Assembly: GCA_964016885.1 (NCBI GenBank)
Contig: OZ024747.1
Coordinates: 8,866,001 to 8,930,000, forward strand
Origin: Eledone cirrhosa
Taxonomy: Eukaryota
DNA length: 64,000 nt
Direction of reading: 5' to 3'
The translations under genes were made by a program, and so were the position numbers. A model generated the notes under the pieces. It made no database searches, was not told the origin of the DNA, and was given only the letters and a program-made list of their open reading frames with translations. Shown one piece after another: positions 14,680 through 25,090 of the stretch; within the stretch, counting starts at the first letter, position 1; each line of letters starts with the position of its first letter.

Positions 14680-14700
14680 ATTTATATATATATATTTATA
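12441..14700. repeat. AT-rich minisatellite (about 28-30-bp units such as ATATATGTATATAATATATGTATATGTAC) ending in pure (TA)n
   Basis: Directly visible, and it generates the spurious Y/I/H/T ORFs. Confidence 0.95.
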
Positions 14701-15075
14701 CTGTTAAAACTACACAAATTTTATTTATAACCTAAAGAAGGCAGTGTATATTTTTTCAAACTATATATCACACTATGGTGCCTTACACTCTTTTGCTTCT
14801 CTCTATCTCCAGCTCCTTCTTTTCTCTTATATATATATATCTACACAAAATTGTTAAGCTTGAAGACTATTCAACCGTCTTGATTGTTATTTGTTCCTCA
14901 TCTTACTGGGGTCAGCTTCGCTTTTTATCACTCTAGAGCTAATAGGAGTACCAGTAGCATCATAGGGTAAATTGAATTAAGCTTATTATATTACTGGTAG
15001 CTATCCTCTGGTCTGTGCCTAATCAAAAGGAAACCTGAAAACACATAAATATATAATCACCAAAGATATATATAC

Positions 15076-15109
<34 letters not shown>

Positions 15110-15499
15110 TTTAACTGCAAGCTATGAAACTAGATGTTTACAAGAACCAACCTCATTGTGGCTACAACTTTATGTATATGTAATACATATAGGTGTGTAC
15201 CTTTAACAGTGCATACTATGAAAATACTGGTTTCATGATTTCCAATTAAAACTGTTAAATATATTATCACCAAAGATGATATGTGAACTGTTCTAAAGCC
15301 TCTTAAGTCTTTCAGTGTTCTTCATCTTTCTATCTTTGAGAACAATAAAATGGAGTCTTCCACGTACCATAGACCTTGCAATTCAGCTCTGACTGAGGTG
15401 GGGAAGGATGTAAATAAGAAAGTAATCTCTCTCCAAAATATGTTGTGTAATGGCTTGACCTTTCTATTGGGTTAAGTTTAGGATTAGTCTTTGTAGTTG

Positions 15500-15652
15500 A
15501 GGTAGACTGCACGCTAAACTGTAAATGGCCAGGTAGATTGCATGCTAAGTGTGAATGTGCAGGTGGACTGCTTGCTGAACTGTAAATATGCAGGTAGACC
15601 ACACATAGAACTTTAATTGCCAGGTAGACTGCATGCTGAACTGTAAATGTGA
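15500..15652. repeat. Degenerate 30-31-bp tandem repeat, 5 copies
   Basis: GGTAGACTGCA.GCT.AACTGTAAAT..C units start at 15501, 15532, 15562, 15593 and 15623. Confidence 0.8.
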
Positions 15653-15904
15653 CCACAAATTACATATAATAATAATTTCTAATTTAGACACAAGGCCAGC
15701 AATATATGGGGAGAGAAAATCCAGTTATACCAACCCCAGTACTTGACTGGTACTGTATTTTATTGATTCTAGAATGGTGAAAGACAAAGTTGACCTCAAC
15801 ATTATTTAAACCTAGAACATGAAGAGCCAGGACAAACACTGCTAAACATTTGTCCAATGCTCCAACAACTCTTCCAATCCATTGCCCCCATTATATATAA
15901 TAAT

Positions 15905-16180
15905 AATATTGAAATTGCACAAATGTGGTTAATACCACCCAACAATATCAAGATAATTCCAGTTGTCATGGGAACTTCAGGCTTCATACCTCTAAAACTG
16001 AGAGCATATCTTAAGCAACTAGACATCGAAACACAAATTGCTCTCCTAGAAAAGACTGCCATGCTGAACCCTGTACAAATACCCAGAAAATGAATCTATC
16101 TAATGTCCCTATTGAGACTTAACAGACAGATGATCCAGTAATCATCATATTTACTGTGTAAACCATTAATAATAATAATT
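15905..16180 (+). mobile_element. 3' fragment of an R4/Dong-like non-LTR retrotransposon (RLE C-terminus)
   Basis: IEIAQMW...KIIPVVMGTSGFIP...LDIETQIALLEKTAMLNPVQIPRK resembles the R4/Dong C-terminal motif (IPVVIGALG...LQK.ALLGTA.ILRK). It is flanked by (TAA)n on both sides. Confidence 0.7.
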
Positions 16181-16384
16181 TAATTCTTGATTTATTTCAC
16201 TTCACTTGAAACAGCCAACATATTCAACCATAGACCAGAGGGGAATGCTTATCTAAAGATGTATTACAGTTGTGACATAATAACCAAATGCATATTTATT
16301 TGTCATATTTATTTGTCATGTGCGTTAGAATTGATTGATTATCTTAGGGGAAAAAAAATTATTTATACTTTCTGAAGAGAAAGG

Positions 16385-16465
16385 TGGCAGTGACTTTGAA
16401 GTTTCAATAATTACTTCATTTGACTGCCAGATGAAGCAATAGCTGAAACTTCGAAGTCACTGTTA
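16385..16465. ncRNA. Inverted pair of degenerate minimal hammerhead-ribozyme motifs
   Basis: Minus strand: TGGCAGT-CAAATGA-AGTAATTATT-GAAA-CTTCAAAG-TC-ACTGCCA. Plus strand: CAGATGA-AGCAATAGCT-GAAA-CTTCGAAG-TC-ACTG. Both cores deviate from CUGANGA. Confidence 0.55.
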
Positions 16466-17122
16466 TTTTTCTCTTCAATAAATCTCACATGTAGTGAGTG
16501 TTCATTCAGTTAATGTTTGAACATTTTAAGTACTTAAAACTTCCATTTTAGTCTCTCTCGATATACATACATGGGCTTCCACACAGTTTGTTTTACCAAA
16601 TTCCAGTAACAGGGAATTAGTCAATCTGTGACTATAATAGAAGTGTTTCAGTGAGTTGAAGTGAACTTCTTAACTCCACTGTCCTGCCAGTATCTCCATA
16701 TAATCTCCTCAGTGGTATATTCTGTACAAATATCTCTTTATAAGTCCACAGGTAAAACTACATTCTTCTACTCCTGTGATATTCAAAATAATGGAAAAAG
16801 ACATTATATTATTAAATCTATTATGTTTGTAGTTTTGTTGAGAAACGTCCATTTAAATATATTTGTTATTAATAGTGACTGCTTACTTTGAAGATACCAG
16901 CCTTTCAAAACATAATATATATATTTGTAATATTTATATATATCAATTCTGTATTCATAAGAACATTTTTATTTGTTGTTTAACAAACTGGTATGGTTAC
17001 CATTTACTGAGCAAGGAGTCAAATGTCTGGGTTTTGGTCCCTTAACTGAAGTATTTAAGGAGTGTGACTGTAATATGTTCTCATGTCTCAACTATTTCTG
17101 ACTCAACTCACTCATTTTTTAA

Positions 17123-17296
17123 TATGGGGGTCAGCTGCAAAGTTCATAGGCTGACTATGAAGGATTGATGCCAGAGCTGTGAAATCTTGCAAGCATTAAT
17201 TTCAACTCTTCTTATTAATAACTGCATTGTTTCTTTCCAGAGTCATTGCAAGAGAGTATCTTGGTGAGCCTATGAACTTCTCAACTAGCTCCCATA
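17123..17296. mobile_element. mariner-derived MITE
   Basis: Imperfect TIRs (..GCTGCAAAGTTCATAGGCTGAC / GTGAGCCTATGAACTTCTCAAC..) flanked by TA. Same family as 28565-28726, 40679-40830 and 56160-56402. Confidence 0.7.
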
Positions 17297-17544
17297 GGTA
17301 CCATAAGAAGGCAGCACTCACTGTGGTATGAAATGGTAGCATCAGTATTTCTTTAAACTGCTGTACTGAGCTCCAATCCTACCTGGAGAGACAGTTTCAT
17401 ATAAAACAGTAAAGCTGATAACATTTCATTAGCAAGAGTTACTAATCTATTTATGTTTATTATATTTGCATCATATAAGTACAAATTAATCCAATAATAC
17501 ACAGAAGTTGGTGCAAATGGAAATGTGTGTTGGATCTCTGTAAG

Positions 17545-17792
17545 GTTCTAATGCAAGTGGCTGAGTATTCCACAGACATGTGTGCCCTTAATATAGTTTC
17601 CAGGGATATTCAGCAAGACATAGTGTGTGACAAGGCTGGCCTTTTGAATTATGGGTATAGCAGCTCATTCTTTTCAACAGTGAATTGGAATAACATTAAA
17701 TAAAGTGTCTTGCTCAAGGACACAATGCATCACCATGAATTGAATTCATGACCTTACGAAGGTGAGCTGAACACTTTAACCACTAAATCACT
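17545..17792 (-). mobile_element. tRNA-derived SINE (family A)
   Basis: Reverse-complement match to 7305-7600. Confidence 0.75.
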
Positions 17793-20700
17793 TCACAGAG
17801 ATGCTAATATAAAGCACTGGTATCTAATATTGTTTTAAATTTAAAAACTTGTTTTTTCTGCATTCAAATTCAAACTGTTCTTTCTTCACAAAATCAATGT
17901 TATGTCTAGTCAAATGAAAACACTCTTGTTATTGTTGTTGTTGTTTACCCCAGTCAGCACTGAATGAACAGACCTGTGATGAAAAGTATTCTAGCCATGC
18001 CCATCCCAACTTTTATTCAAACACAATATATGTAAAACATTATTTGATATATACTTACATTCTTTTTGGGAAGATACTAGAGAGTGGTTTATGGGAAATG
18101 TGACTTATTTTCAGCCTGTTCACCAACCACTTAAGCTTCATACATCTACATTTTTAGTTCAAATCGTGCCATGGTTGTCGTTGACTTTTACCCTTCTGGC
18201 TTCAGTAAAATAAGTCCAGTCATATACTGGTGTTGAGTCAATCAACTATTCAGTCTAATATGTTGGGTCTGGTGCCAATTACTATTCATACTTGTCAATA
18301 GCATTAATGTGTTTAATTTTTGGAGTCCATGATTGAATTACTGGATATATGAACAATTATATAAGCTGGGAAATTTGTGTTTTGATAAATTAATGGTTTA
18401 CATAAGAGGAACCATATAGTTTATGTTGATTATTCACATGTGAAAGTGATTAAAGATAAGAATATTTTAATAATTTATTTCTGTGATATCATTACCTAAA
18501 TGTTCAGTATATACATGTACAAATGATATACAGGAGTAAATGTATGAGTTATTTGGAGAAATAAATATTTACAGGGACTAATGTAAGTTTAAAACCCAGC
18601 TCCTTCTGATTGGAAAAATGAATTTCTTGTAGTAACATGGCTGAGATAGGAAATGCATTGTGTGTGTAAATTTTAAAGTTACGCACACACACACATATAC
18701 ATGCCCACAAAAACACACATATAATTGTTAGTTTTGTATAGTTGTTTTATTTTGTATGTACTGCAACTGATGTATGTAACTCTAATTTGGTGACATCTCC
18801 TTATTAGGGCTTTGAATAAATGTTGATTTGGAACATAATTCACTTGTTTGTTGTATTTATCATTCTTTTATTCTTTCATAGGTGGTACATTGGCAGAGTC
18901 ATTAGAGAGTAGGACTAAATACCTTGCAGTATGTGTTCCAGCTCTGAGTTCAAACCAACTGAGGTTTTAATATTGCTTTTCATCCTTTTGCAAGTCGATT
19001 ATATAGACCACAGTATTTGACTGGAATTTATTTTATCAACCTTCGGAAGGATGAAAGACAAAATTGACCTCGGTAGGATTTGAGTTTAGGATGTAAAGAG
19101 CAGGGATCAATGCTACAAAGCACCATTCTAAAAATTCTGTCAATAATAATAATACTTTAATTATTGAATATATATTTTCGTTGATTCTTTCACCACTGCA
19201 TACTTTCGGTGTGCATAAACTGTCCCGCTCTCAATTTCAGTGGAATAATTATTCCCTGAATGCTATCAACTAATCTCTAACCTGACCCCTGAAGATGTCG
19301 CAAAGGCCTTTTTAAACCTGAAAACGGAGCAGGGGTTCTCGAACTTTCCCCCATCCCCGGATTTTTCTTTACAATTAAAAAAAAACATGTTCGTATGCTA
19401 TCTGAATTTTACTTAACTGTACCTCACGACAAATACCTGAACTTGTAGGAGTTGGAGGTTAGATTTGTCGATAACATGCGAAGAAAACCTATGGAAGAAA
19501 AATCCCACCAAACGTGAGAGCAGTGTAAATCTGCCAAACTCCGATGGTCTTCCCCTCTCCCTTTTCTACAAAACTAGACGTTTCCGAGCTCGTTTGGATG
19601 ACAGATCGATTGATAAAACACGAAAAATAAAAATATTAAAGAAAACTCCGGGGAAAAAACTTGACAGCAGCCTAAAAAAACTGTGGAAAAATAATTATTT
19701 CCCACTGAAATCAAGAGAAGTGTTCTATAATGTACCCCACCCCGCATAAACAAACCATTTTTAGTCTGCATAGCTTATACTGAGTTGTAGCATAGCTTAT
19801 ACTCAATTGTTGCACAGCATATACGTGTATTTATTACGTGTAGTAAGAAAACGATCTGGGAAATTCTTTCATTATGCCATCCAAATCCCTGTCGCTAACA
19901 AATAATATCAATCAGAATCGTGTCATAGTTAGTCTACAGGAACGTAATGTCATTTCTACAACTAGGAATTACGTGAAAAAAAATCAAACATAAAACAAAA
20001 ATATCTTATCGATATAATCGTAATGTACACCTTAGATGATGTATCGCTGGGATATCTCAGTATTAAGCAAGTTACGAGGAAATAAACTATAGAGTACGGG
20101 TCACTAAACTGGAGTTATGCACATTCTTCAACGTGATCACTTTTTACTACAGTGGGGCATGGTTTGAGGGAGATTTTGCTGCTATTTTTAATAGGTCGAA
20201 TGACTGGATAAAGGCTTCCTCTGCTGGCTCTTGTTACATGTCATCATTTTTTTAAATGTTTTTACGGGTTGGACGAAAATGGGAGCTTATTCCGATTTCA
20301 TTGGCGTTAAGTGACTGAGAGTACAAAACACCTCCCTGGACGGGTTGCCAATTTGTCGCAATGCTTACCCCTAGTTTTTACTACTGGTATACATTTTCAG
20401 CTGAATGGAATGAAGCAGCTAAAATGCTCAATGATACAACGCATCACCCGGTCTGGGAATCAACTCACAGCCTTAGGATTGTGACACTAACACTAGTCAT
20501 TAGGCCACGCTCCTTCACGTTAAATGATCTTGTAATCCTTTAAAATGGCCTTACCTAAAGAGTTTTGTAGCATATAACTTAGACAGTAGAATCCGAAGGA
20601 AACTTTTATTAGTCTACGCCGGTAAATATTAAATAAAAGTGATTAAAACGGAATACATTATTTTGTCTTAAGGGAAAGTGGAAATGTGGTGTTTCGGGTA

Positions 20701-21420
20701 TAAGGGAGGTTCATTAAACTTTCTTGGAAAATAACTTATTCAGACTGGCGAACTCTGTGGAACCCTAGAAAAAAAAAACAACATTCCACCTCTGCAACTT
20801 CACGTGTTTAAAGAGTGAAGTCAGGGGAAGTAAGTCTAAAGTTTTGTTTTTGTCTTTTAAGGAGAGTGATAAGTCTTTTCCATTCTTTTGTCTTTTCTCT
20901 CGCTATGTTATTTTTTAAACTTTTTCCTTAATGTCTTCCTCGTCTATACTGTCTGCTTTCCTGTCATATCTCTCTCTCAACCCACCGTTTATTTATTTAT
21001 TTATTTATGCAATCCCTCGTTGTTTCACACCTAAATTAAATTTTAATTTACGAAGTTGTAAATTCCCTAACGCTACAATTATGTCCACCTCGTTCTGACC
21101 ACCAAGCACCTGCTAACCACATCAACAATTCCTATTTGACGATAAATACCAATAGACACAGAACGTAGCCAAGGTATTTAGATAAACAAAATCATGGTTG
21201 ATTCTTGAAATTTTAAACTAAGTATTTAATTGGTTTCTGTATTAGCATTTTGTCTTATGTTTTGGTCAATTAAAAAAAAAAAAGGCGGGGCATAAAGAAA
21301 TATTTAAGATTAAAGTACCGTTTACATTACTCATGCGCTTTGTGCTTGCGGTGTGTGTGTATATATATATATATATATACACACATATATATGTATTGAG
21401 TACTGTTTATGTATATATAT

Positions 21421-21456
<36 letters not shown>

Positions 21457-22221
21457 CATAAACAGTACTCAATACATGTGGAGTAATATGTACTTGTATG
21501 AAGTTAGTGGTTCACTCTGTCGTTACTCAGAATTTCTTACTCGACACGATCTTTCAGGTGGCAACAAAAACTTTGAATAGCGACGGAGTGAATCAGCGGC
21601 CTCGTACAAATATATAATTTGTAAAAAGAGCGGAGTAATGTGTGTATGTGTTTTCGTACATAGATATGTAGCAGCTGTTGATAACCTCCCATCTATTCCA
21701 GTTTAACATCGCTGAGTGTATCCTTTCACTGATGTTGTTTTAATAGTCTTATGATGAAGATCTCATCGTTTATCATCATCATTACCTGTTTCTGATTACA
21801 ACCACTTGCCGCTATCTCATCGTTTAACACAAACGCCGGGCTTGTGACAGTTATTTATCTTATGCACCAGCATCGTATTTATAGTAGTGTTAACAATGCC
21901 AGCAATGATTTTCAAATGAGGTACTTACTTAGTAAATCATGATGGTTGTTCGTTTCTATTTTTTTATCGCTATTCATACGCCATTATCACCACCGCTATA
22001 GTAGTTATCACCACTGTGGTCACCATGACCAACACCATCTTCATTCTTCATAATCAGCTCAGCGTCCGTTTTTACCTACATTTCCTCTTGCGCTGGATAA
22101 AACATTACTTCTGCCACTATCTTCACCACCATCATCATCATCATCACCACCATAGGTACCTTCAAGAAGCATATAACTCGTATCTTCTTTCTTGTTTTAC
22201 AGGGACCTTACTGCTGAAGTC

Positions 22222-23271
22222 ATGAGTGATGACAATATATCTTTACCTTATGAGAGCAATGGAAAACATAAACAAATAACAGACTGTGTGAAGACAGGCC
22301 CTACAAACACCATACATTGTTGCAATGTATGTGGCAATTTTTTTGAACAGAGAAGCTATTTGCAAAAACACATTAAAATGCACACAGGTGAACTGATTAA
22401 TCAGTGCAGTGTGTGTGGAATGGTTCTGTCAGATAAAAGCAGTTTAAAGAGACATGTGAGGATACATACAGGAGAGAAACCTTATACATGTGACATTTGT
22501 GGAATGAGCTTCTCTCGAAATGGCACTCTGAAAAGTCATTTGCGGACACATACTAAAGAGACACCTTACTTCTGTAAAATCTGTGGGAAACGTTTTTCTG
22601 TCAATAGTTCACTCAACAGGCATATGAAGACTCATTCTGATAGTTTACTTTATTGTTGTGAAATGTGTGGAATATGTTTTGCTCAGAGCCGTTACCTGAA
22701 GAGACATACTAAAATACATACCGGTGAGACAGTTTATAACTGTGAGATCTGTGGCAAGTCTTTCAGTCAAAAATGTAATCTTGAAACACATATGAGAATA
22801 CACAATGATGAAACACCATTTCTATGTGTAATCTGTGGCAAAAGCTTTTCTCTGAACAGTACTTTAAAACGACATTTAATCACACATTCCAATGAAACTC
22901 CTTACCATTGTGAAATCTGTAATAAAAGTTTCTCTCAGAAACGCTACTTAAGACGTCATAGTCGCACACATACTGGAGAAACACCTTACCGCTGTGAACT
23001 CTGCAATAAAGGTTTCTCTCAAAAAAGTAACTTAGAAACACACATGAGGATCCATGATGATGAAACCCCTTATCAATGCTTCATTTGTGGCAGAAGCTTT
23101 TCTTTAAACAGTACCCTAAAACGACATTTGTTTACACATTCAGAAGAGACACCATACCATTGTGAATACTGTGATAAAAAATTCTCTCAAAATCGATATC
23201 TCAAAAAACATCTTAAAATACATTCAAATGATAAGGGCTGCTTAAACAAAAAAGAATGTGATGAAAGTTAG
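22222..23271 (+). CDS. C2H2 zinc-finger protein, 11 tandem fingers
   Basis: The ORF track starts at a TTG (22192) inside the polypyrimidine tract. The acceptor TTTTACAG ends at 22202 and the first ATG is at 22222 (MSDDNIS...). There are 11 canonical fingers. A few upstream coding residues from another exon cannot be excluded. Confidence 0.93.
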   Translation: MSDDNISLPYESNGKHKQITDCVKTGPTNTIHCCNVCGNFFEQRSYLQKHIKMHTGELINQCSVCGMVLSDKSSLKRHVRIHTGEKPYTCDICGMSFSRNGTLKSHLRTHTKETPYFCKICGKRFSVNSSLNRHMKTHSDSLLYCCEMCGICFAQSRYLKRHTKIHTGETVYNCEICGKSFSQKCNLETHMRIHNDETPFLCVICGKSFSLNSTLKRHLITHSNETPYHCEICNKSFSQKRYLRRHSRTHTGETPYRCELCNKGFSQKSNLETHMRIHDDETPYQCFICGRSFSLNSTLKRHLFTHSEETPYHCEYCDKKFSQNRYLKKHLKIHSNDKGCLNKKECDES

Positions 23272-24063
23272 TTATATGAGGTAACCCTAATACAAAAGAA
23301 ATAGGAAGTATGATGATCTGACCTAACAGTTGGGAATGCAATAGAAATGACTAAATGATGAATTATTTAACAAATCAATTGATCCTGGGCCAATATGGAA
23401 AATGTGATATGTAACAAGCTTTGAATACAATAATGTTGTGAAGTGTTTCAAATCACTGCTTTTTTTAGCTTTTTTATTTTCATTTCCAGCTCCAAGACAA
23501 ATGCATGGTTCTACCGCTGATAGTGGCGGGTCAATTAAGATATATCACAATATTCTGTGTGTTTGTGTAAGGGTGCTGAAGTGGGCATTGAAACCTGGTG
23601 GTCTAAACACAACCAATTTCTTCCAGAGAGTGAGAGAGAAGAAGGGAGAAAGAACCCTAGTACTGGACTGGTACTTTATTCATAAACCTCAAAAAGATGA
23701 AAGGTGAAGTTGGCAGGATTTGAATTCAGACCACAGAGATCCAGAATGAATACCATGGAGTATTATATCTGATGTTCTACTGACTCTGCTAAGTCAGTGC
23801 CTTCTCTGTGTGGGTACATTGTCATATTTAGACATAGAATGTGTGGTGTTGTTTTTTCAATGGCTGGCCATGATGACGATGATGATGGTATTTCTATATA
23901 ATAGAAATTATTGATTTGACTTTATATTTTATTTAAACAGTCCTTGGTGGTCCTATTTAAACCAATGACACTTAAGACTTTTTATAGACTTCAGGATAAG
24001 CTGCAAGACCACCCAAATCAGAATTTGTAGAGTGTAACTCAAAATATTGTAAATGTAGGAAAA

Positions 24064-24097
<34 letters not shown>

Positions 24098-24259
24098 CCA
24101 TGTGATGTTGATGAGCACAAGAATTAGTACTCAATACTGACACAGAGTTTAATAATATTCTTTATTATGGCTAAGTGATGAGTTTTGTTACTCTAGAGTT
24201 TCACTTGTGTCTTGTCTGATGATCCTGTGAGTACACTGGAACTCCAAAGATGGCTGTCC

Positions 24260-25090
24260 ATAAATCCTGCTGTGGTTAGAATCAAAAACATATTTGTCTA
24301 AAGTGTTGTATGGTATGTATTCTGATGAGAAGAATCTAGCATTTTTTCTTGTCATACACCCAATACTTGAAGAAGTACAGCTTCTAACAATGCTGATATA
24401 CTAAAATTATTAGGTGATCTAATATTGCTTATACAATCATATGAGAGTAAATTAATCCTTCCATAAAGTTGATGGACTGACTTGTAACTTGATCCTAGTT
24501 ACTAAGCCATATTTATGCAATAGATTTGAAAACAAAATTGACTAATTACAGAGCCAAAGTAGAATTACAGTCAATGAAGAAACAATGTCAACAGATTTTC
24601 TTTTGCTTATTTAAGCAACTGAAACAAAAGCTGCCTGAAAACTTATAAAGAGCATATCATTTCTTTGTGAAAAATATCCTTCTCTCTTAGTAAATTAATA
24701 AAAACCTTAGGAACCACAGCTGCTACCATAGCATCTGCACAATCTCAATTAAAAAAAATTTGATTTAATAGCATGGACAAATAACACCGAAACTGAGAAG
24801 TTTTGGAGTAAAGTATATCAATATAAAGAAGTTTCTGGACATAATTCGTTTGAAGAGCTTGCACAATATTCCATGACTACTTTGATACTTCCTCACCCCA
24901 AAACGTTAAAGGATTTTTCAGTAGAATCAATAATATAAAATCGAAATTTAGAAATAAAATGAAACTGAATCTTCTGCATGCAATGTTGTGCATAACATTT
25001 GGTTTAATAAGGCCTAACAAATGTTGCAGCAACTATACACTCCCCAATAAAGTGATTTATGTTATTGGGATATTAGCAGCTTTTTAGTAA
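24260..25090 (+). pseudogene. Decayed hAT-family transposase fragment (C-terminal dimerisation region)
   Basis: Manual translation at about 24785-25060: TEKFWSKVYQYKEVSGHNSFEELAQYSMTTLILPH /frameshift/ VKGFFSRINNIKSKFRNKMKLNLLHAMLCITFGL..NKCC. This resembles the hAT LPHSNA.VER.FS....K...RN motif. Confidence 0.7.

Noticed and set aside
19465-19749. 94-aa Lys-rich ORF
   Set aside because: Non-ATG start, no recognisable domain, and composition explained by A-rich sequence.
22016-22225. Poly-His ORF
   Set aside because: (CAT/CAC)n microsatellite in the presumed intron just upstream of the ZNF acceptor.
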